Shown here piece by piece: positions 16,122 through 25,165 of a stretch of DNA of 57,043 nucleotides. Positions within the stretch are counted from its first letter, which is position 1. Each line of letters begins with the position of its first letter. The DNA is from a virus: positions 1-57,043 of the IMG/VR virus record IMGVR_UViG_3300024308_000009; one strand, given 5' to 3'. The notes beneath the pieces were generated by a model. It was not told the DNA's origin, ran no database searches, and worked only from the letters and a program-made list of their open reading frames with translations. Position numbers and translations under genes: made by a program.

Positions 16122-16848
16122 TGCCAAACTCCTTAAATGCAATCCAAAGGCCGGCAACCCACTGCACGCCCTTAGGTGTAAACCTAGACTGGTTGTAGGC
16201 GTGCTCGTTGGCTGTGCCTGTTTTAGTTTCAAATCGCCCTGCGTCAACGTGGTTTTCGTATGGGGTCCACTCGCCACTTAACTTATACATAATCTTCTGT
16301 TCAGTTAGAAAGGCGCGAAATTCGTTTTCATTGGCATTGAGCAACTTTGCCACCTGGCGAAAACCTTTACTACCCTTTGAATCTACGTAGCGATCCACAA
16401 ACTCAACCTTAGGCGCTGCGAGCTCAATGGCCTGTTGCTGTTCTTCGATTTGTTTAGCTTGATTGGCTGCGAGTTGCAAAGCCTCTGCAAATGACTGTGG
16501 TAGCTTTGGAGCTTGCTGTGATTCTAGTTCTTGCCAGCGCTTTAATATTGAATGCCTTAAAACTACGCTATACCCACTTACTAAAAGCATGGTCATTTCA
16601 TAATCAAGGAAATATTCTGAGTATGTATTGCCAAAGTGATCGTACAGACCAACAGTGATATTGTGACCCTTCAATTCTGAGTGGTTAAAATCAGGACAAT
16701 CTTTTAGCTTTTTATCAGGGTAGTTTAATTGCAAAACCATAGATGCTATGTCGCGCTTAACATTCGAATGATCTTTTTTTGTTACCTCAGCTATATCCCT
16801 GCTGCTCATGCTTAATACTGAATTTACCGCTTTGATAAGTTGGTTCAT
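16108..16848 (-). CDS. Rha-family regulator fused to a KilAC/antirepressor domain
   Basis: N-terminal SSRDIAEVTKKDHSNVKRDI (pRha signature). C-terminal FVDRYVDSKGSKGFRQVAKLL...EFRAFL (KilAC-like). RBS AAGGTGA. Confidence 0.65.
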   Translation of the reverse strand: MNQLIKAVNSVLSMSSRDIAEVTKKDHSNVKRDIASMVLQLNYPDKKLKDCPDFNHSELKGHNITVGLYDHFGNTYSEYFLDYEMTMLLVSGYSVVLRHSILKRWQELESQQAPKLPQSFAEALQLAANQAKQIEEQQQAIELAAPKVEFVDRYVDSKGSKGFRQVAKLLNANENEFRAFLTEQKIMYKLSGEWTPYENHVDAGRFETKTGTANEHAYNQSRFTPKGVQWVAGLWIAFKEFGNAGK

Positions 16849-16864
16849 AAAATCACCTTAAATG

Positions 16865-16917
16865 AATAAACCCCGATCAGTTGGAACGGCTGCGAGGACA
16901 GCACCTGATCAGGGTTT
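16865..16917 (-). terminator. Long hairpin (terminator/attenuator candidate) upstream of the rha-like gene
   Basis: aaaccc(c)gatcag / ctgatcagggttt gives 12 bp with one mismatch and a 24-nt loop. On the - strand it is followed by tttattcattt. Confidence 0.35.
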
Positions 16918-17035
16918 AAAATCTTCCTCGTTCTGTTTCATGCTTTTTGCATATATCCTCTTTGGTTCCACGCATCGAGACATAAAAAGCTTAATTCACT
17001 TTGGTTAGCAATGCAAATAAATTATTTAGTGTAGT

Positions 17036-17770
17036 TCAACTCAAGCCCATGGTTAGCCCAAAAATTCTATTTGTTGCTATTTCGAAGTATTTTTCATCAA
17101 GCTCAAAACCTATGAAGTTTCTGCCGGTATTGACGCAAGCAACACCAGTTGTCCCGCTTCCCATTGTAAAATCTAAAACGGTATCACCTTCGTTTGTGTA
17201 TGTTTTTATTAGGTATTCCATTAGGGCTACTGGTTTTTGTGTTGGGTGGTAATTAGCTTTTCTTTTATCACTTTTAAATTGTTGAATGCTTCTAGGGTAC
17301 CGCTCGCAGCTATCGTATGATGGCAATGAAATGTCTTTGCCGTAGCACTCTGATGAGACAACTTTTTTCTTTGCTATTTTCCTTTTGTGTCCAGTTGTTT
17401 TTTGTGGGTTGTAAGTTGGAAGAGATTTATAAAATACCAAAATGCTTTCATGGCTTCGTAAAGGCATAAGTTTGGCGTTAAAAAATCCGGTACCTGCAGG
17501 CTTGTCATAAACCCAGTCATATCTAAACATTTCCAGATTGCTGCAAACTAGAATGCTTGTAAATGGCTGACTCGCTGTTAACACAATAGCGCCATTTGGT
17601 TTAATAATCCTCTTTAACTGCTCCCACATCGGCTCGAGTGGAATTATTGAGTCCCACTTGCAAGCGGTAGTACCGTAAGGTGGGTCTGTTAATATTAAAT
17701 CAACGCTACCGCTTGGTATCGCCTTCATTAGCTCCAAGCAATCCCCTTGAGTTAAATTTATATCTAACAT
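17036..17770 (-). CDS. DNA methyltransferase (N6A/N4C, beta class)
   Basis: DPPY at 17675-17686 near the N-terminus. FTMGSGTTGVAC (motif I) near the C-terminus. Confidence 0.85.
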   Translation of the reverse strand: MLDINLTQGDCLELMKAIPSGSVDLILTDPPYGTTACKWDSIIPLEPMWEQLKRIIKPNGAIVLTASQPFTSILVCSNLEMFRYDWVYDKPAGTGFFNAKLMPLRSHESILVFYKSLPTYNPQKTTGHKRKIAKKKVVSSECYGKDISLPSYDSCERYPRSIQQFKSDKRKANYHPTQKPVALMEYLIKTYTNEGDTVLDFTMGSGTTGVACVNTGRNFIGFELDEKYFEIATNRIFGLTMGLS

Positions 17771-17771
17771 T

Positions 17772-18203
17772 TCATTTCCTATAATCTAAGTTTAATCCGT
17801 GGTTAGCCCAAAACGCCTGTATGCTGTCCCTGTAAGCTGTATGCTCTTTGGTTGTAAACGTCCTTGTAACTTCCATCGCTGAAATAACTTTTAGCTGCTG
17901 ATGATCGCTGAGCGTTTCAAAACGGCATTTTTCCAATAACCAAGAAGTGACAACGCCATGGCTACCAGATAACAGGATAGGAAGGCCGTGGTCCCGCTTG
18001 CATCTTGCTTCAACGCTTTTAAGATCTTCCCCGGTGTAGTCACTAATCTGCTTTATCCAAGTGTGATAAGCGGCATTTGCAGTTAGGGACCGCTTGTCCC
18101 ACTCCTGCAATGTGATCAAATACCGCTTACCTGGCCTAACAAACTGCTTTAGCTTTGAGAACAGTTCAGGCAGTGTTGTTATGTTTACTTCAAACTGATT
18201 CAT
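17772..18203 (-). CDS. ninB: NinB/Orf-family recombination mediator
   Basis: 143 aa. RYLITLQEWDKRSLTANAAYHTWIKQIS parallels lambda NinB IVVTIQERNRSLDQNRKLWACLGDVS. Confidence 0.55.
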   Translation of the reverse strand: MNQFEVNITTLPELFSKLKQFVRPGKRYLITLQEWDKRSLTANAAYHTWIKQISDYTGEDLKSVEARCKRDHGLPILLSGSHGVVTSWLLEKCRFETLSDHQQLKVISAMEVTRTFTTKEHTAYRDSIQAFWANHGLNLDYRK

Positions 18204-18489
18204 TTGCCCTCGCTTCTTTGCGCTTCAGGTAATCTGCCCTAGCCTTAGTATTGCAATAATCCTTGTTTTTTTCATACCACAAGGAAAAGTCTTTTTTTGC
18301 TTTGGCCTTGTTTCTCAAGTACCACTCTTTATTTTTTTTGCTGCAGCACTCAAGACACGGATAGTTTCCTGTGGTCCTGCGTACAAAGCACCCGCATCCA
18401 TCTTTTTCGCATCGTTTTGTACTGATAAATGTTTTGGCAAATGGATCGCGCTTTAGTGCCTCAATCGCCTGCTCTTTGATTGTTGTCAT
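18190..18489 (-). CDS. Hypothetical Cys-rich basic protein
   Basis: Start at MTTIKEQ (RBS AGAGG). Contains CEKDGCGCF...PCLECC. Confidence 0.5.
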   Translation of the reverse strand: MTTIKEQAIEALKRDPFAKTFISTKRCEKDGCGCFVRRTTGNYPCLECCSKKNKEWYLRNKAKAKKDFSLWYEKNKDYCNTKARADYLKRKEARANESV

Positions 18490-18727
18490 TGCTGCCTCTG
18501 ATTCGATATTTGATCGTGTACTCCCTGCGCTGCATATTTCCAGTACCAACTGTTTTATCTTTAATGCTGCGCTCGATGTTGTTGTAAGATTTACTTTTCA
18601 TCATCGCGTTTACGGTAGTGGTTATTATCGTCCGATTAAGCTTTAGCTGTGCCGTGATCTCATCGACGTTAACCCACTCGCCAGATTTATTACTGATGAT
18701 TTCTAATATTTTATTTTTGATATTCAT
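18461..18727 (-). CDS. Hypothetical protein, possible winged-helix
   Basis: 88 aa, ILEIISNKSGEWVNVDEITAQLKLNRTIITTTVNAMMKS. Confidence 0.45.
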   Translation of the reverse strand: MNIKNKILEIISNKSGEWVNVDEITAQLKLNRTIITTTVNAMMKSKSYNNIERSIKDKTVGTGNMQRREYTIKYRIRGSNDNNQRAGD

Positions 18728-18729
18728 AG

Positions 18730-19272
18730 CTACAAATAACCATATAGTTCTTTTTTAGTGATATACGTTGTTATCCTGGCTGCAATTTTAAATGGGTTAA
18801 AAATCAGGATAAATTGAGGCTTATTATTCGTTGTTCCTGGTTGCCCATTTTCATCTAAAAAATGGATTCTCCCAGTCGTGTACTCACGATGCCGCTTATC
18901 TTCCTCTGGCATTTCGTCGGCAATAATACAGCGAATTTCACTGACTGTTTTATAGGCCTCTGCAAACCAACCAACGCTAGTGTCATTGTTAAGCAGCATA
19001 ACAACGCCCAGTCCTCCTATCTGCGCCCGCTTAGCCTGTTTAACCCATGGCATTGGATTGGAATAAGGGCAGTTTAGCCACACATACTCAAGTCGATTAG
19101 ACTGCAGCGCAGGGTGTTGGGACCAGTTAAATGACAAGCTGTCATCTTCTTCTGTGAAATGCAGTGCGCAAAGTGCATTTTGATGCGAACATGCCATATC
19201 AGCGATGAAATGAAATTCAGCATTTAACGTATTAAATACCTCCGGCGGCGTGCGCCATAAATCATTAGACAT
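18730..19272 (-). CDS. Phage Dam-family N6-adenine DNA methyltransferase with NCPY catalytic variant
   Basis: WRTPPEVF N-terminus, FIADMAC, and VWLNCPYSNPMPWV (NCPY at 19063-19074). Confidence 0.7.
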   Translation of the reverse strand: MSNDLWRTPPEVFNTLNAEFHFIADMACSHQNALCALHFTEEDDSLSFNWSQHPALQSNRLEYVWLNCPYSNPMPWVKQAKRAQIGGLGVVMLLNNDTSVGWFAEAYKTVSEIRCIIADEMPEEDKRHREYTTGRIHFLDENGQPGTTNNKPQFILIFNPFKIAARITTYITKKELYGYL

Positions 19273-19279
19273 ATTTTAA

Positions 19280-19516
19280 TTAGCTCCTAAATTGTAGTGC
19301 TACAGCGTTTAACCATACCTTGGCCAGCTTTCTAGCGTGCAAGTCACCCGATAGCATTATCCCATCGTAAACATTGCTAACATCGTGTTTTAGTGGCTCT
19401 GGTATGTATTTCATTCGCTGCAAAACAAAAACTAAATCACTGCGGGTTTTATCTCTAGGGTCACAGCCGCGTGAGTAATAAAACAATGGGTAAGATTTTT
19501 TACCTAAGGCCATCAA
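19280..19516 (-). CDS. Hypothetical protein
   Basis: 78-aa ORF packed in the minus-strand operon. Confidence 0.5.
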   Translation of the reverse strand: MMALGKKSYPLFYYSRGCDPRDKTRSDLVFVLQRMKYIPEPLKHDVSNVYDGIMLSGDLHARKLAKVWLNAVALQFRS

Positions 19517-19527
19517 TTAACCTTCTA

Positions 19528-19860
19528 CTACCAAGCAAAGCTTGGTCGCTCTGTTAAAACGAACAGATGGCGCATGTTTGCTACGTTAACGATGCGCGAA
19601 TCCTCCGGGTAAACCTCAACAGCTAAGCGATCACCAAAACCAATATTGCGCTTGATTTCTTGCAACTGATCCCACGTTATACCGTCAACCCACTTAGAGC
19701 CGCTGCGCTTTGTGCTGCATATGCTTAGGCGAATAACGCCATCATTTTCTTGATATTGCTGAACAAGAAAGTCTGCACTTAGAAAAACATTGGTTAAGTT
19801 GTCAGCGTGCTTTACTGGCCACTCTGATTTGCTAACCGGTTTAAATTTTTTTAGCTGCAT
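19528..19860 (-). CDS. Hypothetical protein
   Basis: 110-aa ORF in the minus-strand operon. Confidence 0.55.
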   Translation of the reverse strand: MQLKKFKPVSKSEWPVKHADNLTNVFLSADFLVQQYQENDGVIRLSICSTKRSGSKWVDGITWDQLQEIKRNIGFGDRLAVEVYPEDSRIVNVANMRHLFVLTERPSFAW

Positions 19861-20041
19861 TGCGCTTCTTCTCCATATCCTTGTCTACTTGATCTAGTAA
19901 CCGCATTAGGTAACCCTTCTTGCGTTCTCCAAACTGCTCAGTATCGGCCTTTAACTGCTTTGGCAATACCTCTGGTGCTGGTTTAGGCTTTTTTGGCATA
20001 GAGGCAAATCTAGCGGCCTTTTGCTCGAGTGTTTCTTTCAT
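19841..20041 (-). CDS. Hypothetical basic protein
   Basis: 66-aa ORF with small overlaps to both neighbours. Confidence 0.45.
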   Translation of the reverse strand: MKETLEQKAARFASMPKKPKPAPEVLPKQLKADTEQFGERKKGYLMRLLDQVDKDMEKKRNAAKKI

Positions 20042-20748
20042 TTGCGGTAGCTATCCCAGTTAAACGGGATCCACTGCCCTCCGTTCATTTTCATTCGGTC
20101 CATTACCCGCGCACCAACAGCGGCTTCTAGATCTTCAGCGCTTAGGTTTGTGAGCATCCCGGTAGGTTTTATTTGGCAAACACGCTGGTCAACGATTTGA
20201 TTTATTGCCAGCCTTTCTGCGTCTGTACCGCGCTGCAATCCAATTTCATCCAGCACAAGCAAATCGTACTTGATCATGCTTTGAATAAATTGGTCCTCTG
20301 TAGTCAGGCTGTCCTTCTGGTACGTATTGCGAAGCTTTTGCATGAGTTCGTTAACTGTAATGATCATGCATGACTTGCCTGATTTTATTAGGGCGTTACA
20401 AATTGCCGCGGCCAGGTGATTTTTCCCTGTGCCTGGCGTGCCAGAAAATATAAAACCCTTACCGTTGTTTTCCGCAAAGTTGGTTATGTAATCAAATGCG
20501 AAACGCTTAGCATCAACCTTTGCCTGAGAGTCAGTTTCAAAATTACTGACTGTGCAACTCTGGTGAAGTGGCTGTATGCCAGATCTTCCGATAGTTTTTT
20601 CCAATAGCGCCTTACGTCGCTTTTCGGCAATCTCGGCGCTAAACTCCTTGCTTTCCTGATCACGTATCGCGGCCAGTTCTTCGTAGGTATATTTGCGACT
20701 ACCTTTTGAAGATTTAGCAATCGCTTCGATCCTGTCTTTTAGGCTCAT
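20038..20748 (-). CDS. DnaC/IstB-like AAA+ helicase loader
   Basis: Walker A GTPGTGKNHL and Walker B LLVLDEIG. Start at MSLKD gives an ATGA overlap with the upstream stop. Confidence 0.8.
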   Translation of the reverse strand: MSLKDRIEAIAKSSKGSRKYTYEELAAIRDQESKEFSAEIAEKRRKALLEKTIGRSGIQPLHQSCTVSNFETDSQAKVDAKRFAFDYITNFAENNGKGFIFSGTPGTGKNHLAAAICNALIKSGKSCMIITVNELMQKLRNTYQKDSLTTEDQFIQSMIKYDLLVLDEIGLQRGTDAERLAINQIVDQRVCQIKPTGMLTNLSAEDLEAAVGARVMDRMKMNGGQWIPFNWDSYRK

Positions 20749-21626
20749 GTGTTCCATCCTTTCGGTGGACTGAAGTCCGTCCCAATTGAATTAACATTTC
20801 TCGCCGCCGCTTTTTGCTGAACAGCGTCAAGATAGCTTTCTAACTTTTCCCCGCTTCGACAAATAAGCTCAATGTCGTTAAACGGTTTTTGCCTATCGTT
20901 GTTGCCCATTGACCACGGATCTTGAGAGCAGTTGTAAATTGCCAGCTTGATATCGTCCATCGTGTAACCTTGCTTCAGCCTGTCTCTGATCGCCTTAGTT
21001 CGCTTAGGTGTCATCTTTGCTGTAAGTCTGTTCTTACGCATCGAGTCGCACCAGTAATGGAAAATCTCAATAACCCTCTTGTCAGTAGTTAATGGTCTTT
21101 CCTCTTTGTCGTGATCAGTTTGATTGATCTCGCTGATCACTTGATCATTGTCTGCGTTAGCTGACAAGTCTTTTATATCTTTATCTATTGGTTCTTGGTT
21201 TATGGTTAGTGGTTCTTGGTTAGGTGGCGGTTCGTGATGCTCTGGTGTAGATTCGTTCACGCTTTCACACGATTCGTTTACGAGTTGTGCACGCTTCGTG
21301 CTCCTAAGTCTTCGTTTTTCTTCGCGCTCAATAGCGATTCTTTGATTTATCTTTGCTTTCTCAGCATATGAAGCTAAATCATCTTTAATATGATTTTGAA
21401 TAAAAACACCATCAACTTCAGTGAAAAATTTACCTAGAACAAACTTGATCGAGGCAATTTCCTCATCACTAGATGCCCATGCCCACTCTATAGCCTCGCT
21501 TAACGTTGGAAATCGTTCACGGTCATAGCACGCATCAATCAAAAGCGTGTACGCTCCGTGCTGCATCATCGTTAATCTACCGGCCTTTTTATAGTAATCG
21601 CCGATATTCCGCTTGTAGTAATGCAT
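20745..21626 (-). CDS. Replication initiator-like protein (DUF1376/YdaU N-domain plus C-terminal phage replication domain)
   Basis: MHYYKRNIGDYYKKAGRLTMMQHGAYTLLIDACY. Acidic/Pro linker with NQEP repeats. C-terminal KAIRDRLKQGYTMDDIKLAI. Confidence 0.6.
   Translation of the reverse strand: MHYYKRNIGDYYKKAGRLTMMQHGAYTLLIDACYDRERFPTLSEAIEWAWASSDEEIASIKFVLGKFFTEVDGVFIQNHIKDDLASYAEKAKINQRIAIEREEKRRLRSTKRAQLVNESCESVNESTPEHHEPPPNQEPLTINQEPIDKDIKDLSANADNDQVISEINQTDHDKEERPLTTDKRVIEIFHYWCDSMRKNRLTAKMTPKRTKAIRDRLKQGYTMDDIKLAIYNCSQDPWSMGNNDRQKPFNDIELICRSGEKLESYLDAVQQKAAARNVNSIGTDFSPPKGWNT
21113..21221. promoter_or_regulatory. Candidate replication origin inside the initiator gene
   Basis: Four GATC sites at 21113, 21126, 21135 and 21143. 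AT-rich cttttatatctttatctatt. Two ggttcttggtt repeats 21 bp apart (21190-21200 and 21211-21221). Confidence 0.35.
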
Positions 21627-21637
21627 AATACTAAGCC

Positions 21638-21877
21638 TTAGCGCGTTGCTTGCGCTTCATCCAAGCGTAAAAACTTAACTTCAACTTCCTTAGAGAACCC
21701 TATTTGTTTTAGCATTTGATCTGAAGGAGGTTTTTTACCGTTCATAACTGAAGAAACAAAAGCAGAAGAAACCCCCATGCTCTTTGCGAAAGCCTTTTGT
21801 TTGCCATTAAAATTTCTAGCTATATAGACCCTAAGTTCAGTTATGATTTCGTCTGAACGCAGCTCGCGTTTACCCAT
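21638..21877 (-). CDS. Cro/XRE-like HTH regulator
   Basis: 79 aa. KQKAFAKSMGVSSAFVSSVMNGKK is an HTH signature. Second gene of the leftward operon, after 21940-22194. Confidence 0.6.
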   Translation of the reverse strand: MGKRELRSDEIITELRVYIARNFNGKQKAFAKSMGVSSAFVSSVMNGKKPPSDQMLKQIGFSKEVEVKFLRLDEAQATR

Positions 21878-21939
21878 ATAAAATACTCCGTGTGATAATT
21901 TTTATTAACTATACGCGATTAACTTTGTTCACTCAATAC

Positions 21940-22194
21940 CTAATCACACTGATCTATTCTGCTTATAGCTTCGTCAGCGGTTGCCATTGCCGAATTTGGA
22001 TGGCCCCAAGATATTTCTTTTAACGCTCTCATTGCGATGGAGTGCTGACGCTCCAACAGTTCAACTTGAGTTTTTGAGGCGTAAGCCAGTGGAGCTATCT
22101 CACTGTGATAAACAGCCTCTTTCTCGGTGGTTGGCTTAGTGCGTGAAATGATTTTGCAAAGCTCATTTAGTACGTTCATTTTGTTTTCCTGCAT
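21940..22194 (-). CDS. Hypothetical protein
   Basis: 84-aa ORF next to the divergent control region. Confidence 0.5.
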   Translation of the reverse strand: MQENKMNVLNELCKIISRTKPTTEKEAVYHSEIAPLAYASKTQVELLERQHSIAMRALKEISWGHPNSAMATADEAISRIDQCD

Positions 22195-22240
22195 TGTTTA
22201 AGTTTGCGCAGTATACATTAAATTAAATCAAAAAAAGTGA

Positions 22241-22270
22241 TTGACTTAAATTATTTCATTAGTCTAAACT
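22241..22270 (+). promoter_or_regulatory. Sigma70-like rightward promoter
   Basis: TTGACT (22241-46), 18-nt spacer, TAAACT (22265-70), in the divergent intergenic region. Confidence 0.4.
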
Positions 22271-22304
22271 TATCACATCGAAAACGAGATTAGAGGGTTT
22301 GTTG

Positions 22305-22490
22305 ATGCGTAACAAAAAGGATTTTTTGGTAAATGCTTTGTGGGTTTTACTTGCTGCTTTGTCTTTTGCTGTTGTATCAACTATGGACGCCCAAGATCGT
22401 GAGTTGACGGAAAGCAATCGGCAGGAGCTTTGTGGCTGGAAGCTGGTTGAAGGTGGAGCAATTAGAGATTGTGGTGATAGCAATGACTGA
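22305..22490 (+). CDS. Small protein with N-terminal TM/signal segment
   Basis: ATG after RBS AGAGGG. FLVNALWVLLAALSFAVVS. Confidence 0.4.
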   Translation: MRNKKDFLVNALWVLLAALSFAVVSTMDAQDRELTESNRQELCGWKLVEGGAIRDCGDSND

Positions 22491-23490
22491 AGAAGTTTCA
22501 ATCGAGGCCAGATTGCAAGAGCCGTTTGAGCCCAACGACATTAAGTGGCGTGTTCAACAATCTGGCGTTAAAAATGGCCGGGTGTGGATGATTGTTTTGC
22601 CATACATCACAGGACGGGCAATTCAAAAGCGCCTTGATGACGTGTTTGGCGTGTTCGGATGGGAAGTTAAACAGGAGCCGATATTCGGGCCTCGCCCAAA
22701 TATCAGTATCAACGCCGATGTTATTGGTCCCAAAAAACTCGAAGAGTTGTTGAGCGAGTCAAGGAAGCCGTCTGAACAAGATGGGTTCTTGTGTACTGTA
22801 CGGGTATTTGATAAATCCAAAAACGTATGGGTAACACGGCAAGACGTTGCGCCGATGACTGATATTGAGCCACTTAAAGGTGGTTCTTCTGGCGCGTTAA
22901 AGCGTGCTGGGGCAATGCTAGGTATAGGTCGCTATCTTTATCAGCTAAAGTCAGGTTTTGCTAACTGTGTTCCGTGTGATAGCCAGCGAGAAGCAGTTAA
23001 CAATTATGCATACGTGAGAGACAAGGCTAACCCAGGCTCTGGTTACGGTGTTGACTGGACTCCTCCTGCATTACCAGATTGGGCATTGCCTGGGCTTGAT
23101 ACAGATAAATTTATATCAGATATCCGCAAAGCTGCTAGCCATCTAGAACTAACTACAGCATTCGATGATGCTTACAGATGGGCATCATCATTTAGCAAGC
23201 TAGATCTCATGCAGCAATTCAAGCTTGAGCGAGATAGCAGGCTTAACGAGCTTAAGCAGGAGGCGGCTGATAACGTACAAAAAAACGAAAAAGACGTTTC
23301 AGACTGGCTAGATCAAAAAATTAAAAACATTGAGGCTGTTGGGTACGTTGGAGCTGTTACCAACGTATCAAATCAAATTCTCAATGAGTTAATGAGCAAG
23401 TGCGAAGGACAGCTTTTTGATAAAAAGCAGTTCCAGCAGCGCTTAAAAACAGCGGTAGATAGCCGCATTAAAACACTAGAAGGTAAGTAA
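22483..23490 (+). CDS. Rad52-like single-strand annealing protein
   Basis: Start at MTEEVS. DIKWRVQQSG, then GGSSGALKRAGAMLGIGRYLY, which is characteristic of Rad52/Sak-type phage annealases. Confidence 0.6.
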   Translation: MTEEVSIEARLQEPFEPNDIKWRVQQSGVKNGRVWMIVLPYITGRAIQKRLDDVFGVFGWEVKQEPIFGPRPNISINADVIGPKKLEELLSESRKPSEQDGFLCTVRVFDKSKNVWVTRQDVAPMTDIEPLKGGSSGALKRAGAMLGIGRYLYQLKSGFANCVPCDSQREAVNNYAYVRDKANPGSGYGVDWTPPALPDWALPGLDTDKFISDIRKAASHLELTTAFDDAYRWASSFSKLDLMQQFKLERDSRLNELKQEAADNVQKNEKDVSDWLDQKIKNIEAVGYVGAVTNVSNQILNELMSKCEGQLFDKKQFQQRLKTAVDSRIKTLEGK

Positions 23491-23491
23491 C

Positions 23492-24703
23492 ATGACAGAG
23501 CAAACACAAAGCAACAGTTTTGAAGTAACCGAACTGGTATTTAAAAGCGAGCTAACCGCGCAAGGTTTGGCAGAGCTACGCGCTAAATACCCGGCTGATC
23601 TGGTCGTTGATATGACCGATGATGAGCAGTTCAAGGCCGCTCGTAAAACCCGTACTGAGTGCAACAAGCTGGTTGCTGCGATTGATGATCGCCGCAAAGA
23701 AGTTAACTCTATGCTGAAAGAGCACGGCGACAACTTGATTGCTCAAGTGCGTGGAGTTTACAGCGTTATCGTTGACCCATTTGAAAAAGAAGATGAGCGC
23801 CGCAAAAAAATTGCGGCAGAAGAGAAGGCCCGCCATGAAAAAATGCTTACTGAACAGCGAGAATTGATTAAAGGTTTTCGCTCATACATTGCCGACGCAA
23901 ACAAATCAGAGGTAACTTCTGAAGATGTTTCTGGCATGGTTGACGCACTGAGCAATGTAGATTTTGAATGTTTCCACCAAGAAGTTGTTCACGAAGCTAT
24001 GGCGGCAGTCAAAGAAGTTAGCGAGCAGTTAGGCGCTATACTGGTCCAAAAGATCGAATCTGAGCGCATTAAGAAGCAAATGGAAGAGGCTCGGCAATTG
24101 CGGGCTGAAGAAGAAGCTAAGCGTGAAGAAGAGAAGCGACTTGCTGACCTTGCTATTGCAGAGGAAAAGGCAAAGGCAGTGGTAGCAAAGCGCATTAGTA
24201 ATTTGCGCATGATCCCTGTGGACTACATGAGTGAAAACTCACTTGAAATTGGCAAGAAAATAGCATCACTAGAAAAATATGTCGTGCCAGAATCTGAATT
24301 CGGCGATCGTCATGCTGAAGCGTGCGAAGCTAAATCTCAAGTAGTCGAGCAGCTTAAAAAAATGTTCCTCAGTGCCCAGCGCCTTGAAGCGTTAGAGCAG
24401 CAAGACGCAGAGCGTTTAGCGGCAACTCAGCAGCAAAACTTAGCTGTTGAGGCAAGTCAGGAGCCTGCATATCAAGAGCAGGTATATGAAGAGGTTCAGC
24501 ATTATGAGCAACAGAGAGAAACAAAAACTCCTGAAGAGGTGTTGGCAAGCATGGGCCGTGCTTCCGACTTGCTGCAACAGCCAGCGCCAGCCAGCACGCT
24601 AAAATCATGCATCGATGCGTGGTACTTTAACCACGGCATCACACAGGATGCATACTCAGAACTAATGCAAATTCTGAATGAATTTGGTGTTAGTGTTAAC
24701 TGA
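23492..24703 (+). CDS. Hypothetical coiled-coil protein (DUF1351-like, recombination-module associated)
   Basis: 403 aa, 1 nt after the annealase stop. E/K/A-rich central coiled coil. Confidence 0.4.
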   Translation: MTEQTQSNSFEVTELVFKSELTAQGLAELRAKYPADLVVDMTDDEQFKAARKTRTECNKLVAAIDDRRKEVNSMLKEHGDNLIAQVRGVYSVIVDPFEKEDERRKKIAAEEKARHEKMLTEQRELIKGFRSYIADANKSEVTSEDVSGMVDALSNVDFECFHQEVVHEAMAAVKEVSEQLGAILVQKIESERIKKQMEEARQLRAEEEAKREEEKRLADLAIAEEKAKAVVAKRISNLRMIPVDYMSENSLEIGKKIASLEKYVVPESEFGDRHAEACEAKSQVVEQLKKMFLSAQRLEALEQQDAERLAATQQQNLAVEASQEPAYQEQVYEEVQHYEQQRETKTPEEVLASMGRASDLLQQPAPASTLKSCIDAWYFNHGITQDAYSELMQILNEFGVSVN

Positions 24704-24754
24704 TAAACAACGTGGCCGGGTAGCCGGCCTTAACTAAAGCAAGTGGAGATCAAC

Positions 24755-25105
24755 ATGTCAGATACAAGCACAAACGTACATGAGTTTGTCGGCGCCCTAG
24801 GCGCTGGCATTTTAGAGAAAAAATTGGCAATCCTGCTTAGCCAGGTTGCCGAAGGCACTGTGCTTCATGGTCGCGGCGCCAAAAAAGGCAAGTTAACTCT
24901 AGAGCTAACTTTGCAACAGGTCGGCGAAAACTCTCAAGTGATCGTCAGTCATAAACTAAGCCATTCAACGCCTACAGCCCGCGGTAAAAAGACCGAGGAA
25001 GATATTTCTGAAACTCCGATGTATGTTGGTAAGGGCGGAAAGATGACAGAAACCGCACCGCGTGAAGAGTTTAACGGCCAGTTTGCGTTAGTAAAAACAA
25101 ACTAA
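24755..25105 (+). CDS. Hypothetical protein
   Basis: ATG with GGAG 8 nt upstream. 116 aa. Confidence 0.55.
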   Translation: MSDTSTNVHEFVGALGAGILEKKLAILLSQVAEGTVLHGRGAKKGKLTLELTLQQVGENSQVIVSHKLSHSTPTARGKKTEEDISETPMYVGKGGKMTETAPREEFNGQFALVKTN

Positions 25106-25165
25106 AAACCAATCTATTTGCCAGCAGTATCGCTGGCAATAACAAAGCGAAAATAGGAAAACATA

